This document shows, piece by piece, positions 40,630-49,670 of a DNA stretch of 64,000 nt. Source of the stretch: an uncultured delta proteobacterium (GTDB lineage: Bacteria > Desulfobacterota > RBG-13-43-22); NCBI GenBank assembly GCA_963802945.1, contig CAWDKY010000028.1:1-64000 (forward strand), given 5' to 3'. The notes beneath the pieces are model-generated. The model searched no databases. It worked only from the letters and a program-made list of their open reading frames with translations, and had not been told where the DNA came from. The position numbers and the translations under genes were made by a program. Each line of letters opens with the position of its first letter. Position 1 is the stretch's first letter.

Positions 40630-40914
40630 ATGAAAAACATTTCAATTGCCAACGATATTGTTCCCATTGGCGAATTTAAGACAAGTATCTCTAAGTGGTT
40701 TAACAATCTCCAAAATACCGGACATTCCCTGATTATCACCCAAAATGGAAAACCTGCCGGGGTGTTATTGTCGCCCCAGGACTATGACGAATTGGTTTAT
40801 CGAAAATCTTTTCTGGATTCTGTCGTCAGAGGGATATCGGATGCCGAAAGCGGTCGAACTTATCGTGCTGAAGAGATCAGGGAGGCCTTAACGTCAAGAA
40901 GAAACAAGGGATAA
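40630..40914 (+). CDS. Phd/YefM antitoxin
   Basis: IITQNGKPAGVL; RBS aaggag. Confidence 0.9.
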   Translation: MKNISIANDIVPIGEFKTSISKWFNNLQNTGHSLIITQNGKPAGVLLSPQDYDELVYRKSFLDSVVRGISDAESGRTYRAEEIREALTSRRNKG

Positions 40915-40919
40915 CCTCG

Positions 40920-41219
40920 ATGAAAATAAGATGGACTCATGAAGCCCTTGAGCGATTAATGGAGATTGAAGCTTTTATATCAACAGACAGTCCGGAACGA
41001 GCAATAAAGTTTGTCGATGAAATCATAGAACATGCGGAAAAAACGTTGCCTGACCAAACTCGTTTAGGGAGAGTTGTGCCCGAAATTTCCAATCCCAACA
41101 TAAGGGAACTCATATTCAAAAAATATCGGATTGTGTACAGACTGAATAAAAGCAATGTTGAAATACTGACCGTTTTTGAAGGGCATAGGTTGTTGCGGAT
41201 TGATGAAATTGATCTATAG
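40920..41219 (+). CDS. RelE/ParE toxin
   Basis: GRVVPE...IRELI...YRIVY; directly after the antitoxin. Confidence 0.9.
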   Translation: MKIRWTHEALERLMEIEAFISTDSPERAIKFVDEIIEHAEKTLPDQTRLGRVVPEISNPNIRELIFKKYRIVYRLNKSNVEILTVFEGHRLLRIDEIDL

Positions 41220-41573
41220 GACTATCTATTTTTTTATTTTATGAAATTTCCGGAAAGTCTAATTTTGCTAATAATGGATCGGGCCACGACAACAAATGAA
41301 TGTTTTTTTACATTTCGTAAAAAGAGGGGTTTAAATGAGGCCTATTTTGCCCTTTTTTAAGCCAAAAGCCGATGTTTAAGAATTCAAAAGGAAATCTTTT
41401 TGGGGTCAAAACCCGGGTATAGGGGCTGAAAACGTCTATTTCTGGGATACTAACGTTGAGTAATCAATGCCTTAATGTGGCCACCTACGTCCCCGTTCGC
41501 TCATTTGTTCTTATTAACAAATTTATTGCTTCACCAGTGCAATCGATAAGCATTCACTAAGTATCTTGTCTTC

Positions 41574-42170
41574 TCAGGCGCTATGTTCGACATCGTCGCG
41601 GTATTTCCCATGCTTAAAAGCCTCATACCAAATCGATCTCATTTTAGGAGATGATAGATTAAGTTCATTTAGGACTTCCATAGTAAAATCTACGGACCCT
41701 AATCCGCTAGCGGTAATAACACGCTGATCTCTGACGGATAATGAATCGACATAATTGTCGTGCTCAGAATATTCGGGGACTATTTTTGACATATACTTTA
41801 TAGAATTGCTTGTATGCTTTCTTCCTCGCAGGATTCCAGCTTTTGCGAGAACCGTTGTTGCCGAACAAATAGCAGCAATTGGTATTTTTTCCTTTTCTAG
41901 ACGATTCAAGAATTGACCGATTTCTGCCTGGGGGTAGGAGCCTTCCCACATATAACCGCCCGGTAGTATAAAAATAAGGACATCATCAAGGTTTACCTGC
42001 GATAGGATTGTATCCGGCTTTACACATAACCCGCCCATTGAAACGACGGCTTTCTCGGAAAAGCCTACAGGAACAACCTTAATTCTTCCAAAACGCCGGA
42101 GTTCAGCAAGGACGTTTCCAAGCTCCCAGTCAGCATACCCGTCAAACAACAGTGTATAAGCTTTCTTCAT
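41574..42170 (-). CDS. DJ-1/PfpI family protein (likely cassette gene)
   Basis: ADWE, SMGG, LPGG, AAICSA. Confidence 0.9.
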   Translation of the reverse strand: MKKAYTLLFDGYADWELGNVLAELRRFGRIKVVPVGFSEKAVVSMGGLCVKPDTILSQVNLDDVLIFILPGGYMWEGSYPQAEIGQFLNRLEKEKIPIAAICSATTVLAKAGILRGRKHTSNSIKYMSKIVPEYSEHDNYVDSLSVRDQRVITASGLGSVDFTMEVLNELNLSSPKMRSIWYEAFKHGKYRDDVEHSA

Positions 42171-42276
42171 TTTCTTTATCCTTCCTCATTATCAAGAATC
42201 GAACACTAGGCATCAGCAAGAGGCCTATTTATGGCCCATTCGTTTTTACTTTTTATACCTTTGCTCAAACTATTAG

Positions 42277-42687
42277 CTAAAGCTTCCACTTGCCGGAAAA
42301 ATAAACATCTCTAACGCTTTTTGCCTTATCTTTTGCCCATGATTCCAAACCCATTTTCTTTATTAAGCATAAATTAAAAACTTTGGTATTATGAGGCATA
42401 TTGGTGGCTTGGTCTGCATATGGATGAAGATGATCACAAGGAAAGTCCGAACAATCACAACAAAATGCAACGCCTTTTTTCTCTGCACAGGGATATACGC
42501 TGCATGGCATAGAAATTACAGCACACTTTCCATTCTCGGCGCGGCATCCTTTGCAAACAGCTTTTTCCGAAGGAATGTCGAACCTTTCTGAAACAGCTTT
42601 CCGTATTTCCAGATTCTCATTTGCTAAATAAGCGACGCAATTAAAACAGTCTATTCCACAAGGTGCTGTCATTTGTTCATAGTTCAT
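42277..42687 (-). CDS. DUF3795-like Cys-rich protein (cassette gene)
   Basis: APCGIDCFNC, CKGCR, C..C.DFPC. Confidence 0.82.
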   Translation of the reverse strand: MNYEQMTAPCGIDCFNCVAYLANENLEIRKAVSERFDIPSEKAVCKGCRAENGKCAVISMPCSVYPCAEKKGVAFCCDCSDFPCDHLHPYADQATNMPHNTKVFNLCLIKKMGLESWAKDKAKSVRDVYFSGKWKL

Positions 42688-42710
42688 TTTTTTTCCTTTT
42701 GATAAAGCAA

Positions 42711-42771
42711 GCATAACGGCAGGCATCAGCGGCGAGGCTCTGCCGCGTCCGTCTGGATGCACTTGTTAGCA
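42711..42771 (-). other. Integron attC site
   Basis: R'' TGCTAAC; L'' GCATCCAG / L' CTGATGC with one extrahelical base; R' GTTATGC. Confidence 0.85.
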
Positions 42772-43448
42772 TCAAAAATATTAATTATTTCTTCAGCAGA
42801 AAGAACTTTAGCATAACCCATACGAAGGGTCATTAGTTCACACTCCTGCAACGCATGATCGTTCGTTGCTGTGATATCGCTTCCAAAAACGACTTTAAAA
42901 CTCCGCTCGTAGGCTTGTCTTGCAGTTGCACCACAGCAGATATTCGTTAATGTTCCACAGATGATCACGGTATCGCGGCGTAATCTTTTAAGGATGGTCT
43001 CTAACGGCGTATCATAGAAGGCACCGTAGGATGACTTATGAATTATAATATCTTTTTGTTCAGGCTTTAATTCATGCCATACATTTCCATGGATTAAAAA
43101 GCTTGATAAATCAATGTCCGAATCCGGAAAACTGATAGGCATGGAAAAGAGCGTAGTGGGGCGATCCAAAAAACGATGGGTGTTTGACATTACAGTGTAG
43201 ATTATGGGTATTTTTGCTTTACGGCATCTTTCTATCAAATGTTTTATTTTTGGAACTTGCCGTATGGCATCCGGCACCCAGAAAGGACTCCATCCCGGTT
43301 TTACAAACTCGTCTTGCATATCAATAACAATCAACGTACATTTTTCTGGGACAATTTCAAATTTAGCAACACCTTCATGATAGGCTTTTTTCGCAAGTGA
43401 AAGTACTTGCTCTTCCGTATATTGTTTTGTTTTCATTTCCGCGATCAC
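42726..43448 (-). CDS. Isochorismatase-family cysteine hydrolase (cassette gene)
   Basis: VIDMQ, K..YGAF, GTLTNICC..TAR; stop codon lies inside the attC. Confidence 0.9.
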   Translation of the reverse strand: MIAEMKTKQYTEEQVLSLAKKAYHEGVAKFEIVPEKCTLIVIDMQDEFVKPGWSPFWVPDAIRQVPKIKHLIERCRKAKIPIIYTVMSNTHRFLDRPTTLFSMPISFPDSDIDLSSFLIHGNVWHELKPEQKDIIIHKSSYGAFYDTPLETILKRLRRDTVIICGTLTNICCGATARQAYERSFKVVFGSDITATNDHALQECELMTLRMGYAKVLSAEEIINIFDANKCIQTDAAEPRR

Positions 43449-43472
43449 CTTTCATTTCCAAGTTTCGTGCAT

Positions 43473-43536
43473 TGCTAACCAAAGAGTTCACCGGGAGCCC
43501 GTAGAGTGGGCGATCCGGTGGAACGGCTCGTTGGCT
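43473..43536 (-). other. Integron attC site
   Basis: R'' AGCCAAC; L'' GTTCCACC / L' GGTGAAC with an extrahelical base; R' GTTAGCA. Confidence 0.85.
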
Positions 43537-43537
43537 G

Positions 43538-43690
43538 TCATTCTTTTTTCCGTAGCAGTTCTTCCGGCCATTTCGTAGTCACGTTTTCCGAGGCGATCAG
43601 ATCCAGGGTGCAGCGCTGACGGTCCAGTTCCAGGTTTATGGTCCGGTAGATCGCGGGGTCCACCTCGGAAAGAGTGCTATTCAGCTTCAT
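43538..43690 (-). pseudogene. glyA: Serine hydroxymethyltransferase 5' fragment (50 aa)
   Basis: Manual translation MKLNSTLSEVDPAIYRTINLELDRQRCTLDLIASENV..., carrying the GlyA LIASEN motif. Confidence 0.8.
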
Positions 43691-43787
43691 CGATATTTTT
43701 ACTTCCTACCTTAAAAATGCTTCATATTGCATACATTATTTTGTCGGAATCCAGAAGTCGGAATTAAGAATGTGAATGCGTTTCCTA

Positions 43788-44762
43788 TTAGGCGTTTACT
43801 ACATTGATAGGATTTCCAGCGATATACTGCCGCAAATTATCAATGACGATATCCATCAACCGTTGCCGCGATTCTTTGGGCGCCCAAGATATATGTGGTG
43901 TAATAATGCAATTTTTCACTTGTAATAACGGGTTATCGTACTTTATCGGCTCGGAAGATACTACATCCAGTGCGACCCCACCGACCTTGCCACTATTTAA
44001 TGCCTCAACCAGATCTTCTTCTACTATCAGTGGCCCTTTGGAAGTATTAATAATCATAGTTCCAGACTTCATCTTGGCAATATTATTTTTGTTAATTATA
44101 CCCCTGGTGCTTTCAAACAAGGGACAGTGTAGACTAATCACATCAGCTTCAGCAAACAATTCATCGAGTTCTACATACTGCAAAGTCGCACATTCCAATT
44201 CTTTCACTTTATAACTATCGAAGGCCAATACTTTCATACCCAGGGCCAGCGCAATCCTTGCAGTAGACTGTCCAATTCTACCAAAACCGATTATCCCCAT
44301 TGTCTTGCCGGCAAGCTCAATTAAAGGGTACTTCCAGAAACACCAGTCAGGATTATTAGCCCATTCGCCTTTTTTTACAGCTTCATCGTGAGCCCCAATG
44401 TGGTGGCACATTTCTAAAAGTAACGCAATAGTCATCTGTGCCACGGCATCAGTTCCATACGTAGGAGTATTTGTTACCACAATACCACGCTGCTTCGTTG
44501 TCTCAACATCAACCACGTTATAGCCCGTGGCAAGCAACCCAACATATTTTAGTTTTGGCGTTGCCGCAAAAAATTCAGCGGTAAGAGGTGTTTTATTTGT
44601 AAATACTATTTCCGCATCCATGGCCCTTTTGATTATTTCGTTTAGCCCTTCGACAACATACGCTGTTCGTTCATATACCGTCAGATCACATAATTCTTTT
44701 AATCCATCCCAGCTTAAATCTCCCGGATTCAGGGTATAACCATCAAGTATAACTGCTTTCAC
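43788..44762 (-). CDS. hprA: D-2-hydroxyacid dehydrogenase (glycerate dehydrogenase-like)
   Basis: LNPGDLSW, ATGYN, GFGRIG, LHCP, TPHISW. Confidence 0.88.
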   Translation of the reverse strand: MKAVILDGYTLNPGDLSWDGLKELCDLTVYERTAYVVEGLNEIIKRAMDAEIVFTNKTPLTAEFFAATPKLKYVGLLATGYNVVDVETTKQRGIVVTNTPTYGTDAVAQMTIALLLEMCHHIGAHDEAVKKGEWANNPDWCFWKYPLIELAGKTMGIIGFGRIGQSTARIALALGMKVLAFDSYKVKELECATLQYVELDELFAEADVISLHCPLFESTRGIINKNNIAKMKSGTMIINTSKGPLIVEEDLVEALNSGKVGGVALDVVSSEPIKYDNPLLQVKNCIITPHISWAPKESRQRLMDIVIDNLRQYIAGNPINVVNA

Positions 44763-44925
44763 AAAACTTCACTCCTTAATTATTACGAAACCTCACTTGC
44801 ACTATTTCAAACGAGCTTTTGCCCACAACGATTAAATACCCCTGTCCAAACTGACAGAAAGCGATAATTCATCATCCTGTAGCACCCTGACAATGTTGCC
44901 GCACTAATCCGAAGGGCAAAATGCA

Positions 44926-46099
44926 TCAATGTTTTTGATACAACAGCATGCCATCACGGAAGGTCTTATCAATCTCAGAAATTGCTCGTATATCTGTGAG
45001 CGGATTACCATTAATGATAATCAGATCAGCCCGCTTGCCGACCTCAAGCGTACCCACGATATTTTCAATCCTGCACAGTTCTGCGGCAGTCTTTGTAGCA
45101 CTGATCAAGGCGTCCATATTTGTCATGCCGTATTCCACGTAAAGCTCCAACTCTCTTGGAAGACCGCTGATCGGATTAAACGGACAGTTGGCATCGGTCC
45201 CAGCTGCAATTTTAACACCAGCTGCCATACACAGCTTAAATGATTTATTATGATGTTTCAGATATGGAATCATCTTATCTCTTAGCCACTGTCCCTTGAG
45301 ATCGGTGCTGCCGCAGATAGATATCGGAGCCATCAGAGTAGGGCAGTAGAAACTCTTCATTTTCAGCATCAATTCAACAGCCTCATCATCAAGCATATAT
45401 GCATGCTCAATCGAACGGACGCCTGCGCGGATGGCGTTTTTTGTACCCTCAAGGCCGAGGCAGTGCGCGGCTGTGATGGTACCAGTTCTCTCAGACTCTT
45501 GGCAAACCGCTCTCATCTGATCTTCGCTGAGTTGCGAGGCACCGGGCTTGCGATCCCCGCGTTACGATTCCACCTGTGGCAAACAGCTTTATCACATCGG
45601 CTCCCTTCTTCATCTGACCACGGGCAGCCTTGAGCGCTTCACCCACCGTATCGCATTCGGTTCCCATAAAATGACAATGTCCACCTGTTATGGTGACTAC
45701 AGTGCCAGAGGCAAGAATGCGTGGGCCTTTGATATACCCGGAGTTGATCATATCACGAATCCAGATGTCACTATCGTACCTGGTTCCCATATTTCGAATG
45801 GTAGTAATTCCGAATTTGAGGAACTCTTGGCTTTGCGTAACCGATATCACCGCGGTTTGGGTTTCATTTTTAGCGGTAAAATGATCTCCAACATCGGTTG
45901 CAGGCATTTCCCCGATATGCACGTGACAGTCGAATAGACCCGGCATAACCGTTTTTCCTGTAGCATCAATTTCGGTCCCGCCGACGATCGGTTTGTCCGA
46001 AATCGCCAAGATCCCCGTCTCATCAAACTGGGTAAATCCATTTTCCAGGACGCCCCCATTACCGTCAATAATTCGGGCATTTTTAATAACAATTCTCAT
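44926..46099 (-). CDS. Metal-dependent amidohydrolase, frameshifted ~45555
   Basis: MPGLFDCHVH, TGGH, IKLFATGG, AAH, SIEH, GTDA, GKRADL. Confidence 0.87.
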
Positions 46100-46156
46100 A
46101 AAACCGCCTTCTTTTTCAGTGGGTCCTTTAACTCCCACCCCATTAGCATTTCTTTC

Positions 46157-46412
46157 CTACCCCAAGCCAGTCCGCTTGGAGAAGGTTTCATCGAGGTGGG
46201 TTATTATTGCTTCTGATCTATTTGACCATTTTATCTCTGGCCGAGACAGTGTTACCTCTTTTGAGGGTGTTCCCAATGTCAGTGAAACCAGCGCCAACAT
46301 CCCCAACCATGGCAATGACTTCGTTTTCAATGACCAATCCGCCTGAATGCCGTTTTTGTCGAGTGCCATCGATGATTGTTTCGTTCTTTATCAGGATTTT
46401 CACTGTTTCCAC
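46157..46412 (-). pseudogene. Amidohydrolase/D-aminoacylase-like N-terminal remnant
   Basis: ILIKN.TIIDGT...I..VG beta-sandwich start, then degenerates. Confidence 0.5.
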
Positions 46413-46497
46413 CCTCCGATTTTGGCAAAACCAACTATTTTACGCCGTCCAAATATTCAACCCGGTAGGATTATCCTAAAAATATATTGTTTTTTTC

Positions 46498-46875
46498 CTA
46501 CCCCAGAGCAATAACTTCTATCTCAATCAAAGCGTCTTTTGGTAATCTGCTGACTTGAACACATGAACGGGCCGGCGGCGCCCCAGGGAAATATTTCCCA
46601 TATACCTCATTTATTTTAGGGAAATCATTCATGTCTTTAATGAAAATCAACGACTTTACAATACTACTGAAATCCATACCTGCTACTTTTAGAATATTGC
46701 CGATGTTTACCATTGCTTGTTCTGTTTGCTTCTTTATATCGTTTTCAACAAGTTCGCCGGTCTCCGGACTAATTGGTATTTGACCGGAAACGAATAAATA
46801 CCCATCGGTTTTTATTGCTGGAGAATATACACCAATAACCGGAGGACCGTCGTTACATTTGATCACTTTTTTCAT
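46498..46875 (-). CDS. ridA: RidA family enamine/imine deaminase
   Basis: GVYSPA, SGQIP, PPARSCV, LPKDALIEIE. Confidence 0.93.
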   Translation of the reverse strand: MKKVIKCNDGPPVIGVYSPAIKTDGYLFVSGQIPISPETGELVENDIKKQTEQAMVNIGNILKVAGMDFSSIVKSLIFIKDMNDFPKINEVYGKYFPGAPPARSCVQVSRLPKDALIEIEVIALG

Positions 46876-47575
46876 TAGATGTTACCACCCGTTCATTTTT
46901 TTGCAGATAGCGATAAACAGTTGGCTCTGATGTTTTTAACACCTTTGCTACCTCAGCCACTGACCCTTTTAGTAGAAAAACCCCTTTACGATCAAGTTCA
47001 CCCACAAATCTTTTTTTTTCTTCGATTGTCATTCTATCCGGAGATGAACCAAACTTATTTACCGTTTCTTGAATAAGCGAAAACATAAGATCATCAATAG
47101 AACAACTAAAATTTTCAACAATAACTTTTTTGTCTGTTGCATTATTTTTGTCAACTATGCCAATCATTTTTGACAAGATGTTTCTTGCCGCCATAATTTC
47201 TGTCATATCAAAGTTTAAACAAAGCATGCCAAAAATTTCGCCTTTAAGATCTTTTAGAAAATATGTGGAAGATTTCAAAGTTTTGCCACTAGAGGTTTTG
47301 CCCTCATAGTTGGCCAAATGAGTTTTATCGCTATAAGTTCTTACAATTTTTAATGCAAGATCGCCTAAAGGCCCTCCCACTTTTCGCCCACTTATGTGCT
47401 CGTTTCTGATAGCTATAATGGAGGAATCTATATTGGACAAATCATGCAAAACAATTTCACAATTATCGCCTAAAGCATCAGCTAGAAAATCCAATATTGA
47501 GATATAAACGTAAAAAATATTTTTTTTGTAATCTTCGTTATTTTCGAACTTTTGACTACTCTTTTGAGTTATCAT
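46853..47575 (-). CDS. YheO/DauR-like PAS + HTH transcriptional regulator
   Basis: CEIVLHDL, SGRKVG, LKSST, LCLNFD, GVFLLKG, TVYRYL. Confidence 0.9.
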   Translation of the reverse strand: MITQKSSQKFENNEDYKKNIFYVYISILDFLADALGDNCEIVLHDLSNIDSSIIAIRNEHISGRKVGGPLGDLALKIVRTYSDKTHLANYEGKTSSGKTLKSSTYFLKDLKGEIFGMLCLNFDMTEIMAARNILSKMIGIVDKNNATDKKVIVENFSCSIDDLMFSLIQETVNKFGSSPDRMTIEEKKRFVGELDRKGVFLLKGSVAEVAKVLKTSEPTVYRYLQKNERVVTSNEKSDQM

Positions 47576-47651
47576 TTAAATCTGCATTCTCGCTGTTGAA
47601 AAATCAAAACTATTCAGTATAAATGTTTTAACTACACCAGGGCGTCTATTC

Positions 47652-47688
47652 TTGATAATATTTTATTATTTTGATAAAATATTATCAA
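47652..47688. promoter_or_regulatory. Perfect 15-bp inverted repeat, candidate operator
   Basis: ttgataatattttat-7 nt-ataaaatattatcaa upstream of the regulator. Confidence 0.6.
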
Positions 47689-47819
47689 AATAATTTTGTT
47701 CTGTCAATGGTTTTTAATAAAAAATTTATCACTATGACTATATTTAATAAAAAATAAACCTTAAAGTTATTGATACAATGCAGTATAATTCCGGCTATCT
47801 TAAAAAAAAGAGGCCGATT

Positions 47820-48085
47820 ATGCTGCCCCAAATTCGAGAGGAAGAACATTTGTTTCCAGTGCCCAAGTTTGATTTGAACAAGAATGACATTAGTGAATTT
47901 AATAATGAAATCAAATGGTTTAATGAAAATATTCATGACTGTTTTACTCTCAGCGAATCCAGGGAGCATTTTTATAACTATATGAGCTGTCAATTCAGCG
48001 ACCTGGAACGCAAATCCAATGAACCAATCGCTTTAAATGTGAAAAACGGGAATATCCAGGCCATGCAGCATTTCGTCAGCGATGT
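47820..48085 (+). mobile_element. IS701-family transposase N-terminal remnant
   Basis: SESREHF..YM..QFSDLERKSNEPIAL...AMQHFVS; truncated. Confidence 0.72.
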
Positions 48086-48336
48086 TCCGAATTCGAATTC
48101 CGGGTAGAGTAGAGAGCTGGGGCCTGCCTGGTACCACTTTTGAACCTTTTAATGCACGCATCTACCTGGGGAAACGGGGGGTCGGAAAAACCGGGAAATA
48201 AAAAAAGGGGTAAAAAGAAGCTTCTAAGCCGAACACAGATGCCGCGAGCCAATCGATATTTCATTTCGAATCAGGTTTGAATAGGTTGGTCTGGTCTGAT
48301 CCTCAAAAAGGTTATTAATGAAAGGAAGCATCAACA

Positions 48337-48672
48337 ATGTTTTATAAGCACAATCCAGAGGGATATAGGCAAGTCCTTGAAGGCATAAAGATTAAAACAT
48401 TAGTTTATGGGGACAAGACGCTTTTCACCGAATTTCAACTGAAAACGGACAGCCAGCTACCCAAGCATGCTCACCCGCAAGAGCAAACAGGATATCTCGT
48501 CTCCGGTCGAATCCGGCTTACCATCGGCGAAGAGACCTTTGAAGTGGAACCCGGCGACAGTTGGTGTGTGCCCGGTAATATGGAGCATCAAGCTGAGATT
48601 CTCGCCGATTCGGTGGCCGTCGAAGTTTTTTCGCCGGTACGAGAAGATTATTTGCCAGAACAATTGGTCTGA
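48337..48672 (+). CDS. Cupin-domain protein
   Basis: P.H.HPQEQ.G and PGDSW.VP...EH motifs. Confidence 0.9.
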   Translation: MFYKHNPEGYRQVLEGIKIKTLVYGDKTLFTEFQLKTDSQLPKHAHPQEQTGYLVSGRIRLTIGEETFEVEPGDSWCVPGNMEHQAEILADSVAVEVFSPVREDYLPEQLV

Positions 48673-48810
48673 GGCAGTCTTTGAATCGTTGGAGGGGTGA
48701 CCAAATCTGGGGATTGAAATATTAATGAATTTCATTAAAAATGAGGGGTAAAAAAGGATCTTGAGGTGTCCTTTTTACGCCTCCAAAGGCGCTTCTTAAA
48801 GGATTATCTT

Positions 48811-49399
48811 ATGAAGAAACAACTTGGCCCTTCGGATGCCATTTTTCCCGTGCCGGCCGCCTTAATCGTAAGTGGAATAAAGGAAGAGGCCAATATTATT
48901 ACCGTGGCCTGGATAGGGATAGCCAGCTCGACCCCGCCTACCATCGGCCTTTCCATTAGGAAAACACGATATTCTTTAGGATTGATACGAAAGACAGGGG
49001 AATTTTCAGTTAATTTCCCGAGTGCATCTCTATTTAAAGAAGTGGATTATTGCGGATTGACTACCGGGCGGAAAAGAAATAAATTTATAGATACAGGATT
49101 GACCCCTATAAAGGGAAAAGAATCGACCGCCGATCATTAAAGAATGTCCCTATAATATGGAATGCAGAGTTTCCCGGGAAATAATTATTGGAGATTATAT
49201 TCATATTTTAGGGGAGGTCGTTGAATCTCATATTGATGAGGACAAGGCGGATAACTCCAAACGTGCCGGCTTTGATATTTCAAAAATAAATCCCCTGGTT
49301 TATTGTGCCGAAGCACGTGAATATTGGACTCTAGGTAATTTGCTGGGCTATGGTTTTAAGGCGGGAAAAGAAATAAAGAAAAAAATAGAAAAATCGTAA
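48811..49399 (+). CDS. Flavin reductase/flavoredoxin family protein, frameshifted ~49120
   Basis: FPVPAALI, NIITVAW, GEFSVN, ECRV, GEVV. Confidence 0.85.
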
Positions 49400-49426
49400 G
49401 ACGTTAGATGTAAGAAAAAAATGGTT

Positions 49427-49480
49427 TGACAGGAAAAACTGGATTTACCTGTTCCAGATAATCCGGTAAATCCTGTCTAA
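49427..49480. repeat. Short inverted 9-mer-type repeat (gacagga...tcctgtc)
   Basis: tgacaggaaaaactggatt...aatccggtaaatcctgtc. Confidence 0.6.
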
Positions 49481-49482
49481 CA

Positions 49483-49603
49483 TGAGGTTCTTGCAAATTT
49501 CATAAATCCCGTCACCCCGGCGAAAGCCGGGGTCCAGGATGCATCAGAAAACTGGATTCCGGCTTCCGCCGGAATGACATCTTGGGACTTTTGCATAAAA
49601 CTA
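49483..49603. repeat. MITE/REP-like element
   Basis: gtcaccccggcgaaagccggggtccag...ctggattccggcttccgccggaatgac within a ttgcaaa/tttgca outer IR. Confidence 0.75.
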
Positions 49604-49670
49604 AAATGTTTTTTAATTTTTAACCTGAGGATTTAGGAGAAAAACTAAACTTAAGAAAGGAGAAGATAAA

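Noticed and set aside
41260-41460. IS end remnant (…actaacgttgag)
   Set aside because: Resembles an IS terminus, but no partner IR or transposase ORF could be identified.
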